Made by a program: the position numbers and the translations under genes
In this document: one piece after another, positions 51,135-63,671 of the stretch
Layout of the letters: each line of letters starts with the position of its first letter
Position numbering within the stretch: the first letter of the stretch is position 1
Origin: Podarcis pityusensis
Lineage: Eukaryota
Reading direction: 5' to 3' (one strand)
Assembly: GCA_964106645.2 (NCBI GenBank)
Contig: OZ067044.1
Length of the DNA stretch: 64,000 nucleotides
Notes under the pieces: model-generated
The model's input: only the letters and a program-made list of their open reading frames with translations
What the model was told of the DNA's origin: nothing
Database searches by the model: none

Positions 51135-52523
51135 ATGGGTTCTGCGCTCTCTAACCCTCAGAAACAATTTTTAAAAGACATGCAGCACCTCCTTCAGGAA
51201 AATAAACAGCAAGTACCTGAAGGTGATCTAATTGCATTGATTCTGGCCATAGATGAACATTGTCCATGCTTCCCTGAGGAGGGGACGTGGGAAATTCCAG
51301 CCTGGGATAGGATTGGCAACCACTTTCATGGCCATGGCCGCATAAATGTTCACGTCCTCAGTGCCTGGGCTAAAGTCCGTGGCTGCATGGCAACTCTTAC
51401 GCCCAAAAACATCCTCTTGGCTTCGTTGCAACCACAACAAAAAACAGTCCTGAATATGCCTTTCATATATCCGGCTGCACCGCTTCTACCACCACCTTTT
51501 ACTCCGCCACGACCACCAGATTATCAGCCTCCGCCGACGCCACTGGGGACTGCAATTAAACAAGCAGCCCCCCTCTTAGGTCTTTCATCTGGCACGCCTG
51601 TGGCTAAAGTCATACTGCTCCCTGCGGACGCCACAACTCCTACAGATACCCCCTTAATTGCTGCTGCAATGCCTCTCACAGCTCAGCGCCCTACATTAAA
51701 AATGACACTGGGTGGACGTGAGGTAGAGGGGGTTCTAGATACAGGGGCAGACGTTACTGTGATTGCTAAACAAGACTGGCCTTCCAAATGGCCCACAAAG
51801 GCAGCTGCCCAAGTTTTGGGTGTCGGGGGAGAAACCCCAGCTTGTCAAAGCCTCCACCCAAATGATATCCTTGTGGCTGCGAAGCACATATCAGTGGAAT
51901 TATTAAGAGACCTTACATCTGCTCTGACAGATTTTGGACTGTGTATTGCCCCAGATAAGGTTCAGCAAACTTTGCCTATGTTATATCTTGGACATAAATT
52001 GACACAACAAGCTGCCATTCCGGTTGTTCCCCAATTGTCTTTTCCTGCCCGCCTAAGGCTGGTTGACCTTCAACAACTTTTGGGACACCTGAATTGGATA
52101 AAGAATTACCTTAATCTGCCTACTAGCACCTTGTCACCATTGTTTTCTGCCTTACAAGGACACAACCTACCTGGAGAAGTCATCCCAGTTACAGAAGAAA
52201 TGCTACAAGCCTTACAACAGGTTAATGCTTTATTAAGAGAACGAATGGTGGATCGCATAGACACTCTGCACAATGTGCAGTTATCCTTGGCAATTTTTTC
52301 CACACCTTTGCTGCCTACAGCCATTCTCTACTCACAGAAATCGGCTGCCCCTTCGGGTGTCAACATTGTGGAATGGATCCACCTTCCGCATAAAGCCCTC
52401 TCTGGACTGGACATTGAAAAAAATTTACTTGCCTTTTTCACTCACAGAAACACAACACCTGATTTCCACCTCCGTGGCTACTCAAGTAGCACTTGTGGAT
52501 TTTTTGGGAACCATCACGCATAA
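51135..52523 (+). CDS. gag-pro-pol: in-frame chimeric ORF: Gag MA and proline-rich region, dUTPase-like stub, protease N-half, RT C-terminal palm/thumb/connection
   Basis: MGSALS (myristoylatable Gly2); CPCFPEEGT..W.RIG (beta-type MA); VLDTGADVTVI...WP..WP (PR); DILVAA, IAPDKVQ, YLG, LQQLLGHLNW (RT); no CA, NC or YxDD. Confidence 0.8.
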   Translation: MGSALSNPQKQFLKDMQHLLQENKQQVPEGDLIALILAIDEHCPCFPEEGTWEIPAWDRIGNHFHGHGRINVHVLSAWAKVRGCMATLTPKNILLASLQPQQKTVLNMPFIYPAAPLLPPPFTPPRPPDYQPPPTPLGTAIKQAAPLLGLSSGTPVAKVILLPADATTPTDTPLIAAAMPLTAQRPTLKMTLGGREVEGVLDTGADVTVIAKQDWPSKWPTKAAAQVLGVGGETPACQSLHPNDILVAAKHISVELLRDLTSALTDFGLCIAPDKVQQTLPMLYLGHKLTQQAAIPVVPQLSFPARLRLVDLQQLLGHLNWIKNYLNLPTSTLSPLFSALQGHNLPGEVIPVTEEMLQALQQVNALLRERMVDRIDTLHNVQLSLAIFSTPLLPTAILYSQKSAAPSGVNIVEWIHLPHKALSGLDIEKNLLAFFTHRNTTPDFHLRGYSSSTCGFFGNHHA

Positions 52524-53825
52524 TCCCCCCTCTGATCCACGCCTGTCTTTTCTTTCTCAAACTGTCTATACTTTAAAAACTGCTCTCTCTCCGACCCCCA
52601 TCCCCTCTGCCCTTACCCTTTTCACTGATGGGTCAAAAACGCGGGGGGTGGTGGCATGGGAGGAGGGTGGAAAATGGAAAACTGAATTTACTGAGCAACA
52701 GAGGTCCGCCCAGCGGGCTGAACTTGCTGCTGTAATCCTTGCCTTTCAACTCTTTCCTGATAAACCTTTTAATTTGCTTGTTGATACATAATATGTGTAT
52801 CGCCTTCTGTCTTCCCTGCCTGTTTCTTATATCACGCCTGCGTTAGATGCTGATTTGTTTGTTCTTTTTTCTACCTTGCAGTATCTTATTCAAGAACGCC
52901 GTCATCCTTTTTATGTTGCACACCTTCGTTCCCACACCAATCACCCAGGGTTTTTGGCTCAGGGAAATGCCTTGGCAGACGCTGCACTGCGATCTGAAGT
53001 GTTTTCCTTGTTTTCTGACCCTATTCTCTCTCATTCTACCTTTCACCAGCCTGCTAAAGTTTTGGCAAAAATGTTTAAAATCCCTATTGCACAGGCACGA
53101 GACATTGTCTCTCAATGTTCTATCTGTTCTAAGGCTCCAACCATGATTCCCTTTGATGCGGTGAACCCTAGGGGTACGTCCCCTCTTGCGGTTTGGCAGA
53201 TGGATGTTACTCACACCCCTCTGCTCGCACCATTTTCAAAAGTTCACCTGACAGTGGACACCTCATCTGGATTTATCTGGGCCACCCCATTGAAGGGTGA
53301 GACCGCTCGTCACGTCATTCAGCACACCCTGCGCTGTTTTGCTGTGATGGGTAAGCCACAAAGCATTAAAACGGATAATGGCCCAGCCTATATTTCCTCT
53401 CAGTTTTCATCCTTTTGTGATTTATGGAATGTGAAATTAATCCATGGTTTGCCTTTCAATTCAACAGGACAGGCGATTGTGGAGAGGGCGCACCTGACCT
53501 TCAAGACTCTGCTGTCCAAACAACTTGGAGGTCGAAGTGCCCCCTCCGCCGAGATTCCTTCAATTGTGCATACTGTTTTATTCACCCTTAACCATAATTT
53601 GTATCCCATAATAGGGAATATACACCGGCTGAAATTCATTTTCGAAAAGCAGAGCCTTTGGCTCGACCTCTTGTATCTTACAGACAGCTACCTGATCCAA
53701 CATGGCATGGTCCTGTGCCACTCATCTCCTGGGGACGCGGTTACGCGGCAGTGGACCTGGATGGACGGCCTACCTGGTTACCAGCGCGCTGTGTGCGACC
53801 CTGGCGAGCTTCTGCCTCGGAATGA
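52424..53825 (+). pseudogene. pol: ERV pol 3' part (connection, RNase H, integrase) with one stop and frameshifts
   Basis: LFTDGS, SAQRAEL, VDT*YVY (TAA at 52789-52791); H..FH...CSIC, WQMDVTH, KTDNGPAY, GQAIVERAH; frameshift near 53600 into WHGPVPLISWGRGYA...WLPARCV, TGA at 53823-53825. Confidence 0.9.
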
Positions 53826-53846
53826 AATTTATGACTCTGATTAAAT

Positions 53847-53865
53847 AAAATAAAAAAGGAGGGCA
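53847..53865 (+). promoter_or_regulatory. ERV polypurine tract
   Basis: aaaataaaaaaggagggca directly before the 3' LTR. Confidence 0.85.
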
Positions 53866-54202
53866 TGTGGGGATGCAATAAAAAAATAGCACCCTTGTGC
53901 AAGATTGTGCAAGAGGAAGCATCTGCTGACTTGTTCCCCCACACGCCTGGGTCAGTGTCGCGCTGCCTAACCGCAAAGCTTACGCGGCTGTCATGCTGTC
54001 TGGTAGAGAAGTTATTCTAAGAAATGCAAACCCTAGCTGTTTTCCACCCGAGTGCTACACGTGTATATGCAACATGATGTAATGTGCGCAAGGCTAATAA
54101 ACATGCAAGGCTGCTGGGGGAGAGAGCTCACTCCTTGCTTAAACCTTCACCCATGACTCCTCGTCATTTTTCCTCCGCACCTGGTGGGCTGGTTTCCCGA
54201 CA
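53866..54202 (+). repeat. ERV 3' LTR
   Basis: Identical to the 5' LTR; preceded by the PPT. Confidence 0.96.
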
Positions 54203-57200
54203 CTGCCGGTTGCCCAAGATACATCCCCTGTTCTGCCAGGAGGAGGAAGCAGATGACTGGAAGGAGGAGGTGAACATCATGAAAGACGGAAAGGAGGAGG
54301 TGGTGAAGATCAGATAGATTTTTGTGAGACCATGCGACCAGGGGATGGAGTCCACCGATACCAACGTGGATGGCAACGGCAGCAGTGAAACCAGCAGCTT
54401 GAGCGGAGCTCTTACCTTCCCTCCCATGCCCAGTTCCCCCCTTCCCACAATTCCAAGTGTCTAAATAAACAAATATATGAATAAAAAAAAGAGAGAATTG
54501 GAATTTAAACAATCCTGCTTCTGATGTATGAGAAACATTCAAATGGGAAGCAAAAAATACTTTGGAAAAGAAATAACTTCACACAGCACATAGTTAACTT
54601 ATGGAACTTACTCCCCCAAGGTACTATTTCCATATTTTAACATTAGTAACATGGTTTGTTTACATAGCTTGTAACGGTTTCAGATGGCCCGCTTGTCCAG
54701 GGCTGGTACCATTGTGGGGAAATCTAACAGCACCCCCAATGGCATCAGAAACCATTCAGAGAACAGGACACAAAACATTTTCCTTTTGCAGTGTGCCATT
54801 TCCTTTGTATTAAGATATCATACGCTTTAGTGTGCCTTCTTTTCTGTGTAAAATGGGTGGCAGCCAGAGATTGTGACAGGACTCTCTGATTAAAAGGTTC
54901 AGCAACAGAAGCTGTGTGTCAAGGTAAATATAAACTGAAATAAACAACATCAACAACACCCCCCTCAACCATCTTTAATTCCAGTAGCAGCTTTATTTAT
55001 GGAGAAAGTGTAAAAAACACTTTTCCCCACTGTCATCATAGCATGAGCACAGTGTGTCAAATGATCTTGTGGAAAACTTAAGTCACCTAAACATTAAGGG
55101 TTGCTGGCATCAGCAGAAGTAATAGTATCCCAAACAATTACATTGTCTAGGTTCATGTGAGAACAAGCTTCAGTACTGGAATTCAAATGATAAAAAATGC
55201 AAATGTGGGACCCATTTGTGCCTACACATTTAATGCATAATGGAATAAAACATCTACTTTTGGCTTACATAGCACTTTGCACCTTATCTGCTACCATTAA
55301 AATGCATTAAATGGCACTAATAACGATGCACAATTGACCCGCATGGTGCTGCAGCATTTTCTAATCATCTCCACTTTCTCTCTAAATATGAAGAACAGTA
55401 ATTATCAAACTACTACCTTCAGGCCTTCAGGGTATTAAGAACTAGAAACACATTAATTAGTTTCAACTACATGTTTCACAAACCTGGCCACCAGTGGCTT
55501 CTGCAAAATATGTTAGCCCTTATTTAAAACGTATTTGCTACTGTTAGTTCCAGCTGTGAAAGATTAAAAAATGGCAGAAGAGAAAGAAAGGCCTTTGTCC
55601 CTGCTGGTTGTTTATAACTTAACAGGTCAGAGATTGGTTTTACCAGTTCTAGTTGGCTTTGCAAAAATAAGTTTTTTAAAAAAATCTCCATCATAGCTGC
55701 GTTAACACCCTCTCATGAATAAAAGCAGTTTTCACACAGTGCAAGGTATTTCCACGTGGACTGTGGAGCAGGGATGCACTTTTAGACTCACCACTCCAAA
55801 AAATAGCAACTTTTTTCTGCAGCAACCACAAACTGTGCGTGGTTCTCTGCATAAAGCCCCTGATGCGCAAGCTCCTGGTTGTGTGAGGGGCTCCGTGCAT
55901 TCAGGACTTCCAGTTATGCGGGGCACTTTCTGTTGTAGAGCGCAGCTTCTATGGTGCTTTTGGGTGGTCTTTGACTAAGGGGTTGGGCCACTTCTAAAGT
56001 CTTTAAAAATTGTTACACACCTTCATGGGTGTAGCCAGGATTTTTGTGGGCAGGCCTTTTGTTGGGGAGGGGAGCAGGCCCTCAGTTTGCTACACCCATG
56101 CACACCTTTGCTCTGGGTCCTCACCTCCTTGCAAGTGGGGGGGTGGGGGTTTACTGTGTTGCAACAGAAAATAAAGATCTGCCTTGCTTTGAATGGTTCC
56201 TGCCTCCACTCATTCTTCTCTGACCAATAATGGACTTCCCTTATACTGGGTCCCTTGTTGAGGAGTTGGGCTGTAAATGCCAACCCCAATTTTTTCTTAT
56301 CTCACACCTAATGCAAGGGTGAACATAAGAACACTTGGAGAGAAGGGCACTTGTGAATGTCATCAAACAAACCCTGGCTTCAAATGTTCTGAGTTAGAGG
56401 AAGCACATGTGAGTTCTAGTCATGCTTTCAGCGTATTGCACAAAAAGGAACTTGCCAGGATAGACAGGAAGATAGATATGCAAGCTCTGGACATGGACGC
56501 ACTTTGCACATTTTTTATCTTGGATGGCAAACTGAAGCTGATGGCCTCTCTCTTTTCAATAGGAATCTGATTGCTCTTATCCTTAGCAGGCCCTGCTCTG
56601 CATCTATCCTCCACCCAAATAATCTTCAGCGATTAGGCAAGTTCCTTTTTAACACTGCAAGGCAAGGCCTCCTCTGTCAATCCAAGCTTTGGAAGTCTTT
56701 CAGATTTTTCTTAATGGCATTGTGATGGAAATGAACAATCTTTACTAGAGGGCTTTTGGATGATTTAGTTTTGCCTTATCTTTCCTGATGGTTTACAGGC
56801 AATGTCTCTGTTTCTGTGGATTCTGCTATGATTATTTATTGTATCTGTATGTTCATGTGTGCACATGTGTGCATGTGCATGTTACACTTTTTCAGGCTGT
56901 TTGGTGTGAAATGAACAGAAAACCAGCAGATACTACTTTCAAAATAAACAATTGCTACATGTATAGCAATGTTTCCTACAAGATACACACAGCACCTTTA
57001 AACACAAATTGTGTGCCTTCCCCCAAGTTCTCACATGTATCTGTGTTTACAGGAACACATCTCAGCCATATTTTATGGCTTTGCTGCAGGAAACAGCAGT
57101 AAGTGTAAAGTGGCTTGGGCAACCCAGTCAGCTGAGTGGGGCAAAAGTAATAATGCCACCAACATAGTGTTGGGCAATTGCTGGCTATTTCTCTTAATGT

Positions 57201-60200
57201 AAATGAGAATGTTTACTTCTCATTGCCTAAGACAACGTATTAGCTGAGTAGCTCCCACGATTGCATACATTCTATTTTGGTTCTAAGTCAGGAGTCTGGA
57301 GTCAGGCCAACTGCAAAGCATCTTCTTCTCTGAAAAACTGTTTTCTAATTTTAGAAATTTACATGCACCGATTAATTTTGAGATTCTGACTCTTGGGCTT
57401 TTGAGTCTCTGGAACAAAGAGAGAGGAGTAGCTCTCCATTCCTAGGTTCTGCCCTAAATTGTTTACAACTCAAACTAGCTGCTAGTTAGTGCATTATTAC
57501 TTCCTTTGTGGTGGCAAAGACAGGAGCAGAACTGTTTAATGCACAAGATCCAAGAAGTGTATAGAGTTCAAAGGGGCTTCCTTCCCAATTATTGCATCTA
57601 GCACACCAAGCTTCCAGTGACTATTTTAGACTGAGATATGTTCATGGTCTGGCTCCTCAGCTTTCAATTTATTTGTGATAGATTCAAAGGCAAGTAGTCC
57701 TACACTGTTACTCCTGTTTTTAAGATGTACCAAGCTATCAGCTTTCATTCTTTTCCAGAATTATTTCCAGCTTCCTTCATTCTTTGATAGATAGCAACTG
57801 TACTACTGTGTTTGTGCACACGCACACACATATTTTGTCAAAAGATGGATGCTCTCCCCAGATTCTCATGCTACATTTACTGCATGATTGGTTTGTTTAT
57901 GACTATCTTAAAGCATTTAAGCAGAGTTGGAAATAAAGAGAAACAATGTCTGAATCTGTACGCCTATTAAGCAAACAAATCAGAAATGCACACAATTCAG
58001 GAGATATTTCACTGTCGATGGGTTTGAAAATCCTTTAGAAGATAATGCTGAGCTTAGCGGAGTGCAATACAAAAACTCCATTAGTATAATAATAGGTTTG
58101 TCTGCTGGCACTGTTTCCCAGATACAGTGCATTAAATGTCATTTAACTGTTCCAATAAATTCAGGCTCATGGGTGCAATTGATAAGCATTTTCTCCCTGT
58201 TTAAGAATGGAAGAGGAAAGCGTAATAAGGTGGATCAATACACAATGCAAGGACATAATGAGCAGTTAATGTGTCAGGGACAGAAGTAATATGAAAAATC
58301 ATTATTAACTTAATTGTTTTTGAATTATAATTTAGCAAAAAATGATATTTGGAATTAATAGTTAATTTATTACATACAGTTACATTAGTGTACAGTTAAA
58401 ATTTCAAGAGAACGATTACCAGAGCTCAGTTTGCAAATGGGAAAAGAGCTCTTGCAACTAAACCAAAATGAATGTGCTCCAGTGACAGATCTGAACTCAT
58501 AAACAAAGCTGTTAGCACTGTGTTTTAAAAGGAAAGCTCAATGTTTCCAGTGTTTTTGCAAGTTAGTGTGAAAGACATGAGTGCATTAAGAGGCTCCCTA
58601 AAGAATCATAACTTTTGGTTATGGAAGGGTGAGTTTTCAGAGGGATTGATGTTTTCACAACTCAGCTGCTTTCAACTAAACATTTCCAAGTGGAAGGTGT
58701 TTTTTAAGGGCATGGTTTAATTTACTTCCTACAGCTTTGGCTAAGCTGCAGCATTCCAGTTAAGTGGTATCTAAGTAAATTAAGTACAGAGTCCCAACAT
58801 CCACCAGACTGAAACAGACAGAGGAATTCTGTTTGCCTGTTGAATTATCTGCAAGATAGCAGGCTCTCTGCAAAATTCTTATGGGGTACTATCACTTATC
58901 ACAATTTTCAAAACTTCTCACTTCTGTGTTAGGGTTGCCTAACACTGCTTCTGACTGCAGTATTCCAGCTATGTCCTGGAAATTCCGGACGTATGGCAAC
59001 CCTTAATTTATGCACAGTGTTTCAGACTGCCCAGTGATACTTGTCCACACTGGAATTTACTGTATGTTTGCAGCTGTTTACATTCCCATTTCGTCTGCAT
59101 AGTTCCCATGATGTTACACTCACATTATCAGTCTTGATGCTTTCTCCCTGCAAATTCAGATTGACCCGAATACAGCGATATTCTAATGAACTGAGGGAAA
59201 TGGGCTCCAAACCTCTGCACTAGAGATAAGACTATTTATTTTGCTATTTGGGGTGGGTGAATTAATCGGCACTTTCAGCTACACCTCCCTTTCAACACAC
59301 CCTATTTCCTCAATACTTTCATTTATTTTCTGGCCATTCACATAACTATTTCTAGTGCTTTTGAATATTTACACACACACACACACACACACCTTTCAAT
59401 CCCTCATATTTGTACAAAACCAGAAAGCTGCACAAGAAAACCACATTAAAAGTTTTTACAACAGATATTGCAATAATAAAATAGTGTGTGCTTTTCAATT
59501 CCCCCCCACCCATGCTGTGGTATGCCCTTGAATGGAAAATATTTGTGTGTATATTTGTGTGTGTGTGTGTTTCTTTTGAACCCTCAGATTTGCACAAAAC
59601 CAGAAAACTGCAAAAGTGTATGCTGAGCATTTACAATTGCCCAACTGTGCTTTTCAGCAATTCCTGAACAGGGTGATTTCTTTAAACAAATAAAGTGTGT
59701 GTACAGCTATCAGCACACATTGCATGTCAGTACTTAACTGGCATAATAGAACCAACAAATTAGAAGGTGGGGATAAACACAGCAGGGAAGGCCTGTTGGC
59801 ATGAGCAGGAAAGATTGAATTTGCTTTTCATATACAAATTCAAATATGGGTGGGTATGGACCAATCAGGTCTCATTTGAATGCAGGGGAATGGATTGTCA
59901 ACTGAATTATGCTCAAATATAGACAAGCTTCTTGACTGAGATCCTATATCTCCATCTGGTTTGGTCGGGGGAAGTTAGCAGAAAAAGGCTCATATTGGCT
60001 GTGGTACTTTCAACAGGGAATGGTGCAAGCAAGTCTATCCACATTATATGGGGCAAGTCAGCCAGATGGGCAGGGTACAAATACAACAACAAAAAACAAA
60101 CAACAATTCCTTTCTTTTTTTTTACACTGTTATATACAGAGCTCATTCAGCTTTCTTTACTGAAGCAGGAGTTCTCCTTCCTTTGTTTTAACTTTCTCCT

Positions 60201-60868
60201 TCCTTTTCCATAAACCTCCTGTTCACCTTCACATACAGTATCTGTTCCTTCAATGAGTTCTCACAGTTCAAGGAACCACTCTTTTAAACTCATTTGAAAT
60301 TCAGTGCTCCTGTGCAAGTGAGCCACTTTCTCCCTTTAAATCTTTCCTGGAAAGCTTCATTCCCTGTTGCTTACAAATGTATTCATGGTATATCATTTTC
60401 CAATACAGTGCATGATATAAGCCATGTGAAATAAATTGTATCTTTTTCTGTTTGCAGAAATCTCAGCCCAAGATTTCAAGCAGACATACTCAGCAAAATA
60501 AGAATAGACACAAAATGTTTTTGCTGTGTTGCCTTCTGAACCAGAAAATCTTCTTCACTGATTTCAACTGAGAGTCTGGCCCTTTCTTCTCTCCCTCCTC
60601 CACCCATCTGTTAATAATGTTAACCTTTGAGCAACTACCTTATGTTAAAAGTCCAACAAAGTAAACAATGAGGAGTCAATCGGAGGAAGTATTGGAGAGC
60701 CATTGCCAGTAAGTGTAGATAGTATGCACTGAGTTAGGCAGATCACAATATTCACTCTGTACAAGGCAGCTTCCTATGGTCATCAAACTTTTTCAGTGGC
60801 AGTCCACTGTCCCTCAGGCCTTGTGGGGGCTGGACTCTATTTTGAAGAAGAAAAATGAACGACTTTTC

Positions 60869-61014
60869 CGTGCTTTCAAACTGCTAGGTTGGCGGTTGGC
60901 AGGAGCAGGGACAGAGCAACATGAGCTCACCCCGTTACAGGGATTCAAACCGTTGACCTTCCAATTGGCAAGCCCTAGGCTCAGAGGTTTAGACAACATC
61001 GCCACCCGCGTCCC
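60869..61014 (-). mobile_element. Sauria SINE, 5' half only
   Basis: Head gggacgcgggtggcg... through ...gaaagcacg; 3' half absent. Confidence 0.8.
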
Positions 61015-63441
61015 TATTCCTTAGGTTACATGTGCTAAATAGGGCTTCCCCATGAAACCCACAGGCTCCCTCCTGATCACATACCCCACACAGCAATAAG
61101 CCTTGGCAGCAATTTTGGGCTTTTTTCAAGCGTAATCGCCATGTGGAGATGAGCTTTTCTGGGGAGTCTGCTACTGTAGCCCAACCCTTTGTATGTGCTC
61201 CATGTTGCCCCACATGGCATTTAGCCTTGAAAAACAGGTGTTTAGCATTCTGTGGCCACTGAGCATGCTCAGTCCTTGATTCGCTCAAGGTGGTTTTTCC
61301 CACCACCACCATTAACACATTTTATTCCAAAAGATGTTTGCACTTCTGCAAATCTTAAGGTTTCCCTGAGCCTTGCAATACCTCCCTGTGTGTATGGTGC
61401 CATTATGGCTGTATAAGGATCCACACATTATGAGTTCTCTATGGGTATAGATTTATCCTCTGTGAACATGCCCACCCCATTCTGAAAGCTATTTAAGGTA
61501 GTGGCTATTCACAACAAACATGACAGCAAATTTCATAAGTGAATTAAGTGTCTTGTGATGAAATATTTTATTTTGGGTGTTGTGAACAGTGTCAATCAAC
61601 TTTTATTGGGAGAGAATGAATCAACCCACCATAAATGCCGCATCACCCATTTCATTGTCCCCCACCACCACACACACACAAATGTGCAAGGCAGCAAGAT
61701 GTAGTTGATTGCCTTGACAGGGATTTGCAATTGGCGACCTTTCACTTTGATCTCCATAAGAACCTAAACTTAACAATGAATAAACAATCATGTGTAAAAT
61801 GCAAGGTTATGTGTACGGTTCTATAAAATTACTACTTTGGGGTTCCTTGACTCATTAACCTACAAATCCTGAAAAACAGCCACAGTTTTAAGGCAATCTT
61901 CTTCACAATAAAATAGAATGATCCCTGCTGTGGAAGCCCACCAGGACATTGTAAAATATAGTTAGGCTCTGCTAAAAAAACTAATTTAATTTTTTTGTTT
62001 GGTTCAGATTAAAAATGCATGAACTCTGGGCTAAGCAAGCTAGAAATTAGATCTGCAGGGTGAAAGGCTATATTTCATGGGTGTTGTGATAACTTCTGCA
62101 AATTAAAAGGAAAAGATCTGTTTCCCACTAGAAATTGTCAACAATTTTACTGTGCTTCTACAGAGATAATTTGGCAGTTTCTCATATTTCATCTTAATTG
62201 TCACAGAATTACTCTGATAACTGACTACAGCAGTTTCAGAAGAAACATTTACTCAACTACTATATTTGAATATATTTACTGAACAGCTAAAACATTTCAG
62301 CTGAGGATACCTAATCCTGGAACACATCTGCTCAACAGCTATCATTTAATTCTACAAATATTCCTTTTTTAGGACATATTTATTTTCTAGGACAGTGCTT
62401 ACTGTTCTCAAAACAAGCTATTACTCTTGCAAAGGTTATCTACACTGATTTTGCCATCGTTTTGAATCCTTGGAGAAGTTTATGCCTTGACAACTTGAAA
62501 GAATGATGTATTTAAGAAACTAGAAAGAAAATCACAATAAACTGATAAATCTGCATTGTAAATATGAAAGACTGGGTAAATTTGACACACCGAGAAGACA
62601 GAAGAATATTTTTTTAATGGTGACTGTACTTTGAAACTGTATAAAGGCTTCTCAGGTTCAGCCTATCAGTAAGCTGATTTGCATGTTTGTAAGCACTAAA
62701 AGCTGGGGTGGGGAACCTCTGACCCATGTTCCTTTGCTGGGCCAACAGTGCACCAGCTGATGGGTAATAGGAGCAGGTAGGTATGAGTCATGCAGGGAGG
62801 TTTGCAAAGCATAGGGCCAACATTGCCCCTTGTGAACCCTACTCAAGGGATTTTAATAGGTGAATGGAACTCAAAGTGCACTCCCAACTCTTCCCTTGTT
62901 TGAATTCAAGCACTTTCCATCCTGTATCTTAGAAAGACAGCATGGTTTCCTCACTGTTAAAAGTAACACTTGCAAACCTTTGATTGGTTACACTTTTTAA
63001 AAATAAATATACATTAGGGCAGAAGGGGAACTATGAACATCACAATGAATCCATAAGATGCTGTCAGGCTATTGCTCTTCCAATCATAAACAATTTCTTT
63101 TGACAAAATGAAGGCAAAACAGAAATACAAGCAGAAAACAAACTGGAAGATACTTGTTACTGGCAGGTATTTATGTTCAATTATGTTAAAATTATTGCTC
63201 GATAGCCAACTAAGTCATACTCAGAAGTCCAATGATTTCAATGAGTGTGTTCTTCTGACAGAGATCAGGGATGCAGACTGCAGATTGCAGAAATCTTGAA
63301 CTAAGGAGAACAAGGTATGGCACAGGGCACATCAAGATCCAGCAGGAAAGGGTCAGAAAAATCTCAATCTGATGTCTGAAGTGCAAAAATTATTATTAGA
63401 AAAGATTATTAATAGAAATGTGTCCAACTTATTTTGATGTA

Positions 63442-63671
63442 CAGTAGTACCTCGGGTTAAGTAGGTACTTAATTCGTTCTGGAGGTCCGTTCTTAACCTG
63501 AAACTATTCTTAACCTGAAGCACCACTTTAGCTAATGGGGCCTCCTGCTGGCACTGCGCCGCCGGAGCACAATTTCTGTTCTCATCCTGAAGCAAAGTTC
63601 TTAACCTGAAGCACTATTTCTGGGTTAGCGGAGTCTGTAACCTGAAGCGTATGTAACCTGAGGTACCACTG
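63442..63671. mobile_element. Tigger-like MITE (inverted relative to 46579-46811)
   Basis: ta|cagtagtacctcggg...gaggtaccactg|ta. Confidence 0.9.

Larger units (their letters stand above)
50652..54202 (+). mobile_element. class II (betaretrovirus-like) endogenous retrovirus, 3.55 kb, internally deleted and env-less
   Basis: Identical 337-bp TG...CA LTRs, perfect 6-bp TSD ctgccg, PBS, PPT and betaretroviral-type MA/PR/RT/RH/IN motifs. Confidence 0.96.
50559..54492 (+). pseudogene. small processed retrocopy (~377 bp: 50559-50651 plus 54209-54492) split by the ERV
   Basis: 15-bp TSD gagaattggaattta at 50544-50558 and 54493-54507; GC-rich 5' end, decayed acidic reading frame, AATAAA signals and an A-tail at the 3' end. 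Confidence 0.75.

Noticed and set aside
52417-52425. A-AAA-AAT as a programmed -1 frameshift site
   Set aside because: Restoring pol needs removal of one base (+1), not a -1 shift; more likely homopolymer slippage or a sequencing error
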